Origin: Azolla caroliniana
Taxonomy: Eukaryota > Plantae > Polypodiophyta
DNA length: 64,000 nt
Assembly (NCBI GenBank): GCA_043228905.1
Contig: JBHGNT010000005.1
Coordinates: 11,904,001 to 11,968,000 of the forward strand
Direction of reading: 5' to 3'
Shown: positions 37,551 to 52,497 of the stretch, piece by piece
Layout of the letters: each line of letters opens with the position of its first letter
How positions within the stretch are numbered: the first letter of the stretch is position 1
Translations under genes and position numbers: made by a program
The notes under the pieces: generated by a model
Seen by the model: the letters and a program-made list of their open reading frames with translations, nothing else
The model's database searches: none
What the model was told of the DNA's origin: nothing

Positions 37551-37751
37551 AGAGACAGGGCCAACAACATTTTGATAATAAAGATTGACAAAGCTGTTGA
37601 GAATATATACATTTTTTGAAATTAATGTTCAGATTCTAAATGGAAGAGTTAAATATCTGAAGCTGTCTTTAAAAGGTGGGCTAGTTAGGAATCAGATATA
37701 CTCAAGACATAGAGGTGATTTGCAGAGGCCGGATAATAAATAAACTTACCC

Positions 37752-39638
37752 TTATGCTTCCAAAAAAGCTTTTGGTTTCTTTGGAGGTGGACGAAATGCT
37801 TCTGGTATCATAGCAATATTATCAAATTCAGAGGACGAGGAAGTGTGCAGTTGTCTTTTTAACCTTAAGGAACTTGTAACTTTAGTGGAGGTTATTGAAT
37901 GAACAAGGTTAGATGGCACGCTGGAATCAAATGTGTGCCCAGAATTGAACCCATTCCGACTGACACCAAAATCACCCATCTGCAGGAACCATATAGATGA
38001 AACCAAGAAGTCAAATTGGTCTCCCAGATAGTGTTTCAAACAAAAAAGGCTCAAAAGGAATGTCCTACTAGTCAACTAAATCAACCCCACCTTTGGGAGG
38101 TCTTCAGTGTAGGTTGTAAGAGGCAATTCTGGGAGGTTGAGAAAATTGTCTAGCCTTGTTAGGTTATCAGATAAATTAGTGTTGACTGTGGGGGTGGTCT
38201 GGTATTTGATGGAGTTGGATGGCGTGGCATCAATTTGGTGTCGGATAGCTTGCATATGCATTGTAGAGACAGTCATGTTAGAAGATGGAGTATGTGATAA
38301 AGGTGGAAGATTGTAACTTTGAGGCAGGGTAATATTGTCGTGGGAGTTATGTTGTGAGGCTGGTAGCAATAATGCAGTAGTATAACATTGGGGAGACATG
38401 ACATTATCACAAGAGGACATATTTGGCTGAGATTGAATTTTGGAAGCAAGGCTGTCGAAAGAGCTATCAGCACATGTTTCCTTGCGAGGAGGAGCTATGT
38501 CGTTATCGGCGTGTTGATTTCTTTGGGTTGAAGGAGGAGATGGTGGTGTAGTGGATGTGATGATCGACTCTTGAGCGGATAATGGTGTAACAATTGTGGA
38601 GTCGGTTAGTGGAGGTATTCTAATTAATGGCATAAGTCCTACTGTGATAGTGGGGAGAAAGAATCGCTTGTGTTTTGATGCAAGGTTCTTAGCAGAGTGG
38701 ATGGAAAGATCACACTCTCTGCAGAGAACAGCCCTATCATCAAGGCAAAGGAAGTATCCAGGCTTGTCCTGCAAGAAAAAGAAGAACGGTGGATATTTTA
38801 TTATTATTATTATTATTATTAGATGATGGGTGCGTCAAAATAGAGAGACATCGGTTCACTGTATTAAAGAATTGCACAGTGTGAAGCACAGGTAATTGTG
38901 GGTTTCAGTTTTTCATTGATAAGATTCAATGTTAAAATGAATCGTGATTTGTTAACACCTAAACCAGGTCTGGAAATGCAGATTTAAACATATTAATATG
39001 TCGTACACCGGAAGACTTCTTGTTATGACTCACTCATCAGGCAGATGCTGTGGGATTCAAGCCCAAAGATGATGAAGAGGGAAAAACACAGGGGATTGCA
39101 GTGTGATTTAGCAAAGAAATGGACACATAGGGGGCTCCGCCTCTGCCCAATTTAGAAGCTGAATAACATATAGTTAAATTAAAGAAGTCCCTAAATTATG
39201 TGCAATGTGGAGAGAATGATAAGACGATATGATGTGATTGAAGACGTAGTAACTGTTTTATGTTTCAAACAATGTGTTGAGATCAAAGCATATTGGGGGT
39301 GTGAGATTGAATGAAAAAGAGAGACATAATTAAGACTTAAATTGTTTCAAATTTCAAACAATGTGTTTTGAGATAAAATCAAAGCATTAGCATTGGAATT
39401 GGGGTGTGTTTTTTAATAATGTAATCTCAAGAGTATGTATATGTATGAGTGTATGAACCTGGCAAATGTCGCATGTGGAGGGGGGTTCATGGCCAATGAG
39501 AGGTAGGCGTTGGTGTTTGGTAGCGAGTTTATTGGCGGAGTGGACACATGCATCGCAGTCGACGCATAATGCAGCGTGGTCAGCAGGGCATACCACGCTC
39601 GCTGGGGCTGCGCCACACACATCGCATTCTACCTTCAT
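37752..39638 (-). CDS. Double B-box zinc finger protein (BBX structural group IV, STO/BBX21-24-like), ~361 aa; exons 39638-39459, 38768-38091, 37979-37752
   Basis: MKVECDVC...LCVDCDACVHSANKLATKHQRLPL; CDICQ|DKPGYFLCLDDRAVLCRECDLSIH...HKRF; no CCT domain; C-terminal PPPKKPK NLS-like; GT-AG phase-0 introns. Confidence 0.92.
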
Positions 39639-42600
39639 CTCCCTCCTCCTCCTTGTCACCACACAAACAAAACCAACCAACAAACAGTCCAACCCAAATC
39701 CCTTCCCTTCCCTTCTCTATTCTATTCTTCCAACTATCGGATCTGTCTCTCTCCCTTCCTAGTTATTTCTTGCCACTTACCAGATTCTGGTGAAATGCTA
39801 TATAGCCTATGAGTATGGGAAGGAAGATCTGCCTCTCTGTTTCTTTCTTTCTGTACTCTTTTTTATCTTCCCATGAAATGCTATAGCCTATCAGTATGGG
39901 CTTCCCTTCCTTCCCCCCTTCCAAAGTAGCCCGCCCGGTTGTCATAAAAAGCTCAAGGTATGTATATACACATACATAGGTCTTTCTCTAATATCTACCA
40001 AACAAAGCGAAAATAAAAAAGCTATGATGGTATGTTACCACACACATATGTGTCTTCTGTCTTGTGCTCGAATCTCACCTCACCCATGATCTTCTATATC
40101 ATATAGATATAGAAACATCTCTCCAACTCTCTAACACCATTGAGACACAAAGCTAGAACTTCGTTTTTACCACTCCTGGCTTAGTGGTTTGCACGACAAC
40201 ATTCGACGTCCATCAATCTGAGAAAGAAATCCGAGTTTCACACCCTCACCATGGACTCAAAAGCCCCCCTCCCCCCACCGTCCTATACATGATGATCTTC
40301 TTCGACGTGGACACTTAGGAAAAAACAAATAATCTCTTACATAGTTCATACAACAGTACAATTGGTGGTGATTCATGTGGACGGCGGAAACTTCATTGTG
40401 TATTGTCTCCTTTTGCAGACATACATATATGTTTACGTTTGACAAATGAAAAGTTAGAAGAAGAAGAAAGCAAAAGTGTGTTGGCATTAGCTGCCACATG
40501 AGACCTTTCCTCTTTTTTCCTTGTTACAACAAGCCACTCTTTTCGGGCAAATGCATTCGCGTGCTCCTAGTATGGGTGAATTAAACCTAATCTTTATCTT
40601 CTTTGTCTTTTTGTGGTGCTTTTACCTCAAGCTTGTGACATTTGAGTATTCACTGCAAAAAGGTCCACATTTTTTCCTTTCTCTAATGTGGTCCCTTGGA
40701 AATTGGTTGTGTAGCGTAATTACTTTCGGGACCACAATCCTTCCTTCTTCTGTGAGCTCTCAAATATTCAGGTAAATATTGTAATTTTCCTCACATTTTC
40801 TGAAATACCTCCCATAGAAAATAAATTATAAGCCAATAACAATTTGTATGCCTTGCAACAAAAAACTAGATTGTTGTTGAACGTAGTTGTTATAAACAAC
40901 ATGTTCATGTTCGATGAATGTTCGAGCTTTCTTAATTGGTTAAATCTGGTTTTATCACGAACCATAATGCCTAGCCTCATTGCACAAGTTTGATATTCAA
41001 AGTGTGGTCATCAAGCCTTTTATGAGATACATTCATTCCATGCATGTCTTTTCCTTTCCCCCACATTCATGTTTAGTAATATGGAATCACATTTGTATGT
41101 ATATACATATGTACATGCTAGTACTTGAACAAAATCATATTTGGAATTCTAGACCTTTTAATTCATATTGTTATATTGATATCATGTGTTGGAACTTGGG
41201 GTGGAATATGTCCAATCACTTCATGACGACATGATTGTCCATATTATGTGTCGATGTGGAATGATGTATAGTTACATGCATGATATGATGCTTGGTATGG
41301 GAATTTGATGTTGCCATGAGGCATGACTACATGTTCATGAATGAGAAAAGCTTAACTCTAACTTGTAACTCAAAAATCTCAAACTAGCCAAACACATTGG
41401 ACGAAATTATTTGAGCTTCAGTGTTTTCTTTCCAAAAATCCCCTTTTAAAGTGTGTGGGGTAGATAAATGTACATATATTAAAAACCTTTTTGGTTGATA
41501 CATCATGTCACACCTTTTTGCACCCTAGAAAGTAAAGCACAAAACTAGTACTACATTTTACATAAGATGGATGTCATGGGAGCATTAAAGGTGTTTGAAT
41601 ATGTTGGACTTACAAAGGTGATTTGGGTAAGTGTTGGTGCTTTGAGGAATATCCAACCACAATGAGTCATGAAGACTGCTTTACCCTTCTACTCAACTTT
41701 ATGCTCTTCTTCTCAATATGAATCATTTTGTCTCATAAGTTGTGATGAACCCATTTTTTTCAACCAATTTTAGTCATTGATGATGTCATATATGTTTCCA
41801 AGTTTCGCACACCATTAGAAGATTCCCTTCATTGGATTTTGGTTACGATGTGATTTTGTGTTTTGTCATAATGTCAATATCTTGTTTGTATTGCTTACCA
41901 TGTTCCTAATAGTGAACAATGCCACACTTAATAATAAATGTGCCATGGATTTGCTAAGAATAACCTTTGCAAATATCTCACCATCTCTTGTCAAGAATAG
42001 TTGTTGGGTATATTTTTAATAAAAGGTTGATAACGCATAGATAAAGAAAGGGGAGATGGAGAAATATCTTATCAAATCAGTGAAATGCAATTCTCACTTA
42101 TAATAATTCTCCTATGATGGTGGTCCTCACTTATTCGATGTGAGATTGAGGTCCTTATATATATGCGAGTGGTTGTTTAGTGCATGCATGACATATATCA
42201 TGACATTGATCTCCTCAAGCACATATTTATGAAATGAAGTCCTAATTCTTTTCGAAATTTGAAGAATAAGTCTTTTGAAAGAGCTTTTGTGAGAATATCT
42301 ACATTTTGGCCTTCAATTTTGATATACTTTGAGTCTAATTATTGTGGACTTCCTTATGTTTGTTCCTAGAATGAGAAACTAGATATTTTTGCCAGCATGA
42401 TAAAGCTTATGTGATTAAAGAATACTTGATTTGGCCTTTGCATAGTCTCCAATGTCTTTGAGCAATATCTCCATACATATAGCTTCACAAATTGCTTGTG
42501 GAGTAGATATTTTAATTGTGCTTAGAAGAATCATAGGTTGTTTTTCTTACATCCATGACATTATTGTCCTGCTAAACAAACACACCATTTCATTTGTGCT

Positions 42601-42660
42601 CTTTCTTGATACTCAATCTATATCACAATGTAACTCAAGAGACAACTTATAGTTAGTGTA

Positions 42661-42763
42661 TGTGAAAGTTAGCGTGCGGAAGCGTATGCCAAACCGGCTC
42701 TGCCAAATAGTAACAGTAAAGAGAAGAAGGTTTAATGGAAGCTTAACACAGAGAATAAGCATA

Positions 42764-42826
<63 letters not shown>

Positions 42827-45800
42827 AAAACATAAAACTCTATTAAAAAATAACACTTTTTTAACTCTGTACATAGAATGTGCTCAGAGAGCACTTTTAT
42901 ACAAGTCCATAAAGGACTGATAGAAGTACTGACAAGTACATCAATGCTCACACGAGCAACTATCACTGACTCCCAAAAATATGCCTACGTACTAGGCTGG
43001 ATCCGTAGGCCTCTAACGGCCTACCTGTTTGAATCCGATCCAGGTCTCCGATCCGGCTCCTGGTTTCAGATATCATCCGGACGCCGATCCGGTTCTCCGT
43101 TCCGGATACTGATCCGGCTCTGGCTTATTCAGTCGATCCGGATCTGGTTGAGCTTGCTCGCTCAACACTCCCCCTCAAGCTCAACTTGAGGTTGGATCAT
43201 GGTGTCAGTGTCTGCAGTAGGCGGTCCTTTCCTCCGACTCCTTCTGACGTCCTCTCGCCTTGCTCGCGCTCCTCGTCTGGTCCGGTTCTGCTTCCCACGA
43301 CCTGTCCGGTTCTGCGCACCTCGTCCTCCTTGGTTGGCTTGTTTGCTCAGCAAGCCCATCTCAACTCCTTCGCTGCTACGACTCTAGTGCTTGTCGACCC
43401 ATCGGTTCCTCCGTGTTGGTGTCGACTTCCACTGCCTTCTCGTCCGCTTGGTCTTTAGTTGATCCAGCTCTTTCAAATCCAATTGTTGAACCGAATCGGC
43501 TTCCTCCAATTCGTTCCAGTTCTTGTTCGAGTTGGTAGTCTCCAACTCGTCTTCCGTTTTTAAGTCCTTCACCACATCGGACCACGTCTGGGTCTTGGCC
43601 TTCTTCCGGTCGGCTTTGTCCTTCTTGACTTTGCCACCACTGCCGTTTGTGCCGACTCCTTCAGTTGGCTCGGCTTCCTTTATCTGCTCATCTCCCCCCT
43701 TAGTTCTTTCTTCCTCTCCCGCTCCTTGTCCAGTGCCATCCGTTCCTGTTTTTGTTCTCCCCCTCAAGTGTGGCACATCGAGATGTTGAATGCCGAGCAT
43801 CTCCGAAAAATGTTGCAACTCGTCCTATCCGAGTAGCTTGGTGAAGATGTCGGCAACATGCCAATCCGTGTGAACATACCGAAGTTCAACTTCACCGCTC
43901 AGGACCTACTCACGAACAAAGTGATATTGCACTTTTATGTGCTTTGTCCGAGCATGGAATACAAGGTTCTTGGCGAGCTGTATACTGTCTACGTTGTCAC
44001 AATAAATCAGGATCGGGGTCAACACCTCGATCCGGAGGTCTCGTAGCAATCGTCGAAGCTAGATGTCTTCATAGGTGGCAATGGTAGCACCCTGGTATTC
44101 AGCCTCAGTGCTCGATAGAGCCATTGTTGGCTGCTTTTTGCTGCTCCACGCAATAGCCATGCTACCAAGAGAAAACATGTAACCGGAGGTAGATCGGAGA
44201 TCCGATGCATCACTAGCCCAGTCGGCATTGGTATATCTAACTAGCTTCCCAGCTATACCGTGTCAGTATAACAGTCCCTAGTCCTTCGTGCCGCTAACAT
44301 ACGGGAGTATCTGATGTGTGCACTGAAGGTGCTCGGCGGTCGACTTCTGCATGAACTGGTTGATCAATCCGACCAGGTAACTGATGTCGGGTCGAGTGAT
44401 TGTCAAGTATATGAGGCTTCCGACAATTTTTTGGAACCGTTTCTCATCGCAGGCCGGTCCGGAGTCGGGATGTAGCTCCAGGTTCCGGTCTAGGGGTGTG
44501 GAGATCGATCGGCATGTTGTCCGGACCTTTCCAGATGAAAAGTGATGAGTTGGACTTTGAGGCCGCAAACCCCATCTTACGCAACTGGTCTGTGATCTTC
44601 GCATTCCAAGTTCGAGGGGCTTGCTTCAGACCGTAAAGAGACTTTTTGAGTCAGGATGGCCCGGTTAGTGGCAAAGGGATACACACAGACCCACGGAATC
44701 GACTACGACAAGACCTTCGCTCCAGTAGCGAAGATGAGGACGGTTCGTGTGGTACTGGATGTTGTTGCCGCAAGGGGATGACATCTTCACCAAATGGACG
44801 TGAAGAATGTGTTTCTTCAAGGTGACCTTGAAGAATGGGTCTATATGATCCAACCGATCGGTTTACATTGTCGAGGAGGGTCAACTAGGTCCCATGTGTT
44901 GTTGGCATCAAGTGCCCACATTTCTTCCTCCATAACAACATGCCAATTTGCGTCCTTTGCTGCTTCTGCATAGTTCTCCGGCTCACACACTTCCGCCACC
45001 TTAGTCATGTACACATAGTGATGCACCATGTACTCATTGTATCCATACCTCATGACGGTTTTCTTTTGACGGGTTGACCGGCGTAACTTTTCGTTACCTA
45101 GTTTGAGGTCCTTCTTGGCCTGTTCAGACTTCCTTTTTGAAGATCTGCTTTCTTCCTTTCCAGGGTCAGATTGTTCTGATGCGACCCTTCACTGCAAGTA
45201 TCATATTCCAGCATCTTCTTCTTCCCCTTCTCTTTGCGTGTGAATCGTCTCCTCGGTTCCTTGCGCGGGGAGAGCACGACAGAGTCTCCACTACTCGTCG
45301 GTTCTTCATCCGACTAGTCATCCCGACTTAGCCGTTCATTCGGCCCACTTAGTCGGAATGAGATCAGACTCTCATCTAGAGTACCAAAGTCTTCATCTTC
45401 TACCTGAACCTCTTCGGGCTCACTAGCCTCATCTTCAAGAATCGGGTCCGAGTCAGAAGTTGGAGTCGGTAGAGAGTACCATGATGCTGATTGATCAAAC
45501 TTGACATCTCGGCTTACTCGGACCTGTTTAGTCTGGGGGTTATAACGCTTATACCCCTTCTACTCATGCGAGTAACCGACTAGGATGCACTTCTTCTACT
45601 TTGGATCCAGCTTCCTCCATCTTCCTCTGCTATGCTACTGAAGATCTGAAGGTGCCTCAAATTCGGCTTCCGCTCGAAATACAACTCGTGTGCTGACACC
45701 TTGTCACCGATCTGGTTTTGGATGTAGAAGGCCGTCCAGACTACCTTAGCACAGTAGAATTTGGGCATGCTCTTCTCCTCTAGCATTGCCCTTGCCACGT

Positions 45801-48800
45801 CGACAATCGACCGATTCTTTCTCTCGGCCACACCGTTTGTTCTGGTGTGTATCGGCAACTGAATTCTCTCTGAATTCCATTCTGTTGCAGATAACTGTTG
45901 AATTGGCCGGAAAAGTATTCTTTTCCGCCATCCGACCGCAAGCACTTGATCTTCCTCTCCGTCTCCCTTTCGACTAAGCTTTGAAGGTTCCGAAAACAGT
46001 CGAAGACTTCACTTTTCTTCTCGATGAGGTAGATCCACGTGTGCCGGCTATAGTCGTCGATGAAGGAGATGAAATATTGACTCCCGCCAAGACTAATGTT
46101 TTTTGTCGGTCCCCATACATCCGAAAGGATTAGGTCAAGCTTGTTACAACTCTAGTTTCATTCGGTGGGGAATGGAAGCCGGTGTTGCTTCCCGAGTTGG
46201 CAAGCTTCACATATTTGGGCCTTCCGGCCATTAAACATCGGCAATCCAAACACAACCTGTTTCGATTGCAGATCTTGAGGCCGTCGGTAGTTGATGTGGC
46301 CGATCCGCTTATGCCAGAGATCGATGTCCGATTCAATCTTCTGTCCTTTGGCAAACATGGTGGTGCCGACGTCATTAGTGTTGAGGATGAACATCCTCCC
46401 TTGTCTGCGCCCTTGCACAATTATCCGTCCTTCTTCCTCGATGAAGCACCACAGGTGCGTAAACCGCACCTGCATTCCCTGGTCGACTATTTGTCCGACC
46501 GATACCAGGTTCTTTGTGATAGTCGGAATGTGTAATACGTTCATCGGCTTTCCCTTTTGTCCTACATGGCTTAAAGGGACTTCTCCGACATGCACAATTG
46601 GGTGAGGGGTGTCATTTCCGGTTTCTACAATCCTCGGTTGTTCCGGTTTCTCTAAAAACGAGAACCACTCGTCATGGCTCATCATATGGTTAGATGCTCC
46701 GGAATCAACGTACCACACTTCCTCTGGTCTGGAAGTGGTCTTCTTCATCGAGTTGGCCTTGTGCTTCATCACAAAGGCTGGCCCCTTTCTGATCTTCCCG
46801 GTTCCGGATCCTTCCGATCCTTTTGCGTAGTGCGAGCTTTGTCGGTTTCCTTGTCCGGTCTTGCCGGATCCGGATTTATCCTAATCGACGTGCTTCTTCT
46901 AGCATTCACTTTTTGTGTGGCCTTTCTTGCCACAATACCAACATTTCGTGTCGGGCTTTTGTTGTTGGTTTCCGGCACTGGCTTGACTTCCCTTGCTTGT
47001 GGAGGGTCTGGAACTACTGCCGGCACTGTCTCGGTGCCTTCGGTTCTACTCTTGCCGGTCGCGACCATTGCGTGCCGACCCACCTCGTCCTCCACACCCA
47101 CAGGGTCGATTCGCCTCCGTGTACAACATCTAGATGTTTGATTGAGTGGTCCTTGACCCATTCATGTGGTTTTCTCCGACCATCAACATTGATTGTAAGC
47201 CGTCTGGATTGGCCTACCATTGTGCTAGACCACCGAGACAGATCTGGACCATCTCGTCTTCATCCACCGTCACACTAATGGACCCGAGCACATCACAAAT
47301 CTCCTTTATCTTAGTGGTGTAGTCCGTAACCAATATATCTCTTTGCCGGATGTTGTTGAGCTCCTGTCAGAGCTGCAACTTATGGGCTGTGGTACTCGCG
47401 GCGAAAATCTTCTGAAGATTTTCCTAGGCCTCCTTTGGCGTTTTTGCATCCTTGATGTAGCCAAGCATCTAATCGTGCACACCGCACATGAGGCAATACA
47501 ATACTCGGCTCGCTCCTTGCTCCCATGCCGGGAAGTCTTAGTGTGCCGACTCCGATGTTGACGGGAATACACGCTCCCTTAGCACAATGCTCGGCCTCAA
47601 CCGAGTCTTGGATCAAACACAGAAAATGGGTAATGAACGCACGACACAGTGAAGAGAAGAGTACACAGGATGTTAATGTCGAAGTCCACCGGGGGCAAAT
47701 ATCTCATCGAAGTCCATGCCCTTCTTTTGCTAGAACCCCTTAACCACGATCCTGGCTTTGTATCTCGGGGGGTTGCCGGCATCTCCCGGTTTCAACTTGT
47801 ACACCCACTTGTTTCGGAGTGCCTGCTTTCCTTTCGGCAACTCCACCAATTCGTACGTATGGTACTCATGCAGGGAATCCATCTCATCCTGCATGGCACT
47901 TAACCATTTGCGGATGTGGGTGTCATCCTTCGCTTCTTCGAAGCTTTCCGGCTCTCCCTCAACAGTCAGCAGCACATGCTCTGCATCCGGAAATCTCCGG
48001 GGGGCCCTTCTCTCTCTGAGAGGATATCTCCGTCTTTAGCCTTCGGCAACCGGCTCCACTATTTGTTCTTCATCCAAATCCGATTCGGGGTCTTGGCCGG
48101 TTCCGATTTCAGCTTCCTCTACTTCTTCTTCTGCCGGTTCGGTATCCTCACCGTAACCGGTTGGTTCCTCGAGTGTCAACCGGCTCTTAGCCGGGTGTGT
48201 CCGAATCTCATCGAAGTTCATTATCTTCTTCTCCGACTCCCAATCGGCAAGGGTCTTGTCCTCCATGAAGATAATATCTCGACTCCGTAAAGCCTTCTTG
48301 TCAACTGATCCCACACTCGGTAGCCGAACTCATCATCGCCGTATCCGAGGAATATGCATGGCCGGGTCTTAGGATCCAACTTTCCTCTCCGGTCCTTAGC
48401 AACATGCACGTACACGAGACACCCGAACACCTTTAGATGCCGGTAAGACACTTCCTTACCGGTCCACACCTTCTGCGGTGTGTCTCTATCCAAGGGCACT
48501 GAGGGTGATCTGTTTATCACATACGTCGCTGTCGACAGCGCCTCAGCCCAAAACATCTTGGGTAATTTTGCATTCGCCAGCATACTTCGGACCCTCTCCA
48601 TTATGGTCTGGTTCATCCTCTCAGCCAGCCCGTTTAGTTCCGGCGTCTTCGGCACGGTAAATTCGAGCCGGATTCCCTTCGAGCGATAGTACTCCTCAAA
48701 CTGCCCCCGGTATTCACCTCTGTTATCTGCTCGAACCGCCTTCAGCTTCCGGTCGGTTTCTCTTTCCACTCTCGCGTGGAGCTCTTTGAAGACGGATAGC

Positions 48801-51404
48801 ACCTGATCCTTTGTCTTCAACGGTGTGGCCCACAGCTTCTGGCTGTGGTCATCTAGGAACGTCACGAAGTACTACAATCCGGCATGTGACTTCGTGTCCA
48901 CTTGACATACATCAGTATGCATCAACTCCAATGGTGCATTACGTCTCATCGGTGGCCTCGATTGGAAGGAGGTCCAGTTTTGTTTATCGGCCAGACAATC
49001 AGTGCACTTCTCCAATTCCACGTTCTTCACTGGAATGAGGTTGTCGTCTGCAAGCCTTGTCATCCCCTTCTCGTTCATGTGACACAGCCTCTTGGGCCAC
49101 AGCTCACCGGCAGTGTCGGAAGCCATGTTCACTTCTTCCGGGCATAACCGGGCATTCATCAGGTACAACGTGTTTACCTTCCGGGCCCGAGCCACAATCA
49201 GGCTCCCTTTGCTGAACTTCATAACACTATTTCGGATACTACCCGTGTAGCCTTCATTATCTAGCCGACCGACTGATATCAGGTTCAGACGAACCTCCGG
49301 AACGTGTCAGACATCCGTTAGCAGCAACTTGTATCCGGTTGGTGTTGTCAACCACACGTCTCCTATGCCGACAATTCGGCATGTACCTTCATTCCCCATC
49401 CGGACACAGCCGTGATCACCGGTTGAGTAGGATGAGAAGCATTTCCGGTCCGGGGTAAGGTGGAACGACGCTCCGGAGTCGACCACCCAAGTCATCTCGT
49501 CACCAGCAAGGTTTAGCTCACTCTCCTCGGTGATGAGCATCAACTCTTCTTCACTTGCCGCGATTGCCGTCGTTCCCTTCCGGTCTGGCCCCCTCCGGTC
49601 TTTATCGTTCCGGTCCGGTGTCCGCTTCGAATCGGTACCATCAGTTTCCTTGTCTTTTCGGAAGTGCCGACAATTCTTCTGGAAGTGCCGATAGTTCTTC
49701 TGGAAGTGTCCCGGCTTGCCGCAATAGAAGCAGGTAGGCCTCCCCCTTGACTTTGACCGTGTCCTAGACTTCTCCCGGTTCGGGGAACTATGGTTCCTTT
49801 GTCTTCCGTGTTTCGATTCGGTAAGGAGCGCTTTGGAGTCGGAGCTCGTATCCTTATCTTTCCGACGCGCTTCCTCATCTAGCAAGCTCGACTTCACTCT
49901 TGCTAGGGATAACCATTTCCCTTCTGGCCCGGCATTGCCCAAGGTGACAACCAACGTCTCCCAGCTATATGGGAGGGAACCGAGCAGGAGTAGCGCTAGT
50001 ACCTCATTGGCGAGAGGTACTTCCAAAGATGTTGCCTGGTGGATCAGCCCTTGGAAGGCATTCATGTGCTCCGCTATGTTGGAGCCATCTTGGTACCGGA
50101 GTCTTACTAGCTTCTGAAATACCGAAACCTGATTAATAGCATTTTTGTTTTGAAACATAATGTCGATCTTCTCCCAGAGCTCATGAGCCCTACTCTCTTC
50201 ATTGAAGTTGTTGTATAGACTCATGTCGATGAAGCACCTTATATAAGCCGTTGTTTTCATGTGCATCACCTCCCATATCGTGGCGTCGATTTTGTCCAGT
50301 CTCTTGTCCCCGAACTGAACCGGCAACCAAAGATCTTTAACCACGAGCATGTCCCTCATCTTCGACTTCCACACGGAATAGTTGGAGCCGGTGAGCTTGA
50401 ACATGCCTCCCAATGATTCGTCCATTTTCTGTGTCACTTCGCTTTGATACCAGTTTGACAGGAATACACGCTCCCTTAGCACAATGCTCGGCCTCAACCG
50501 AGTCTTGGATCAAACACAGAAAACGGGTAATGAACGCATGACACAGTGAAGAGAAGAGTACACAAGATGTTAACATGGAAAACCACAGCAGCCCACAGAC
50601 TGCAAATTATCACTATATTAGAATGTACAATAGTAAAGCACCGAGGCAACAACGTCGAGCTTGCTATCTTCGCCACAGGTGGCGGTTACAACAGAGGCAA
50701 CGACCTCTTCCTCTCTCTCACTCTCTATGTACACAGTTACGCACTCTAATCTTGCACCAACAAGAATGACAACAACTATATCACTAAGTTTGCCCTAAGT
50801 CATATTTATACTAATATGACTTTTCAGCTATTTACAAATATAGCCCTGATGGACTCTCAGAAAACATATTTACGAATATGTCCCTTCATCTGGTGAGCAC
50901 TTCTCACCGGGCCTTCACCATCTGGCTCTTGCCGGGTACTCGTCATCCAGTTCTCACTGGGTCTTCCATTGCCGAGTACTCCACATCCGGTTTCGGCCTC
51001 GGCCGAGTTTTGCTCATCAACACTGTTCTTCTCACTTCCCATCCGGAGGGACTTGTTTCCTAATAGATGCTACCTCGTTGGTTCCTTCCACATAGCTCCA
51101 ATATCCATGCCCCAATCTGTACTAGTGCATTTTATATGAACAGAATGCATAGTTGCTCTGGTTGAGCTTTTCTGTCGGAAGTGAACTTGTCATTCCTCTG
51201 TCCATCTTAGGTTCTCTTCTGTTCTTCATCGGGTATTAGGGTTTGTCTTCACTAGTCGCTCATCGGCTACAGAGGTTCACAACCCTTGCGCTCTGATACC
51301 ATGTGAAAGTTAGCATGCGGAAGTGTATGCCAGACCGGCTCTGTCGGATAGTAACAGTAAAGGGAAGAAGGTTTAATGGAAGCTTAACACAGAGAATAAG
51401 CATA

Positions 51405-51449
<45 letters not shown>

Positions 51450-51770
51450 AGAATATAAAACTCTATTAAAAAATAACACTCTATAACTTTGTACATAGAA
51501 TGTGCTCAGAGAGCACTTTTTTACGAGTCCATAAAGGACCGATAGAAGTACTGACAAGTACTTCAATGCTCACACAAGCGACTGTCACTGACTCCCATGC
51601 CTACGTACTAGGCTGGATCCGTATGCCTCTAACGGCCTACCGGTTTCAATCCGATCCGGCTCCTGGTTCCGGATATCATCTGGACACCGATCCGGTTCTC
51701 CGTTCCGGATAGCGATCCGGCTTTGGCTTATTCAGCGAATCCGGATCCGGTTGAGCTTGCTCGCTCAACA
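42661..51770 (-). mobile_element. Ty1/copia LTR retrotransposon related to 9658-15567, with nested copia
   Basis: LTRs 42661-43167 and 51302-51770; TSD GTGTA/ATGTA; PBS TGGTATCAGAGC; PPT 43168-43179; gag/PR/INT/RT/RH fragments homologous to the first element. Confidence 0.95.
47559..51065 (-). mobile_element. Nested Tnt1/Tork-like copia; most of RT, RNase H and part of the 3' LTR deleted
   Basis: 5' LTR 50456-51065, truncated 3' LTR 47559-47676; TSD GATGT/GATGC; PBS TGGTATCAAAGC; gag-PR ORF 49307-50425 (CFYCGKPGH, WVVDSGASFH), INT 48221-48865, RT start 47730-47975; host gag rejoins across it. Confidence 0.9.
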
Positions 51771-51875
51771 ATGTACATAAATTCCAAAATTGGTTGTGTC
51801 TTTGACATATCAAAAGATCTTCTTTAATGTGATTATGTGAGCATGCTTAGGTCTTGAAACAATAAAATAAATAAA

Positions 51876-52497
51876 TGTGGTGTACCGTGTCCCTAAACAA
51901 TCCCAACTAGAACGCGGTCTCGAAGTGAGTTGGGATGAACCAAATAGGTCCAAAAATAGAGTTGGCACAAACATAACCCAAGAAGGGTTAGGGTTGGGAA
52001 AATCCCAACCTAAGTTGGGACCCAAGAAGGGAACCGATCCCAGTCCCAATCTCAATCCTAGTCCTAGTCCCATTTCCCAAAATGGGGCACCACTTTTGGG
52101 TTAGGAGTCAGACGACTAGTCCCAATCGGAGTTGGAACCCACAGAAGACCCACTCCTAGACCCTACTACAAAAGAAATACCTATTGTGGAATAACTATTC
52201 TTGGCATAGTGAGTTTTCACATAACGGCCTAGGAAGCTCAAAAGCCACAGCTTGGGTAACCCAACTGGCAACAACCACGTCTTAGCCTATATAAAGGGGA
52301 GCTTCTCCTCATTTTTTTATTCATTCCTTGATTTAGAAACTCTCTCCTTAATTATATTAGCTCTAAGGAGCTTGTAACTAATCATCTTGTTAATAACATT
52401 TAAGTTATGTTAATGAAATCTCTCTCTTGCTTACTACCTCTTCTCCCAATTGTGTTGTCGGCTTGTTTTGAGAGCACCAAGGTTTAGGTTCATCACA
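51876..52497 (+). mobile_element. Solo LTR (622 bp)
   Basis: TGTGGTGTA...TTCATCACA inverted termini; 4-bp TSD TAAA; internal TATATAAAGGGG. Confidence 0.65.

Noticed and set aside
40700-42660. Decayed coding-like AT-rich DNA continuing at 51771-53000
   Set aside because: Probably an old TE, but no family motif is identifiable.
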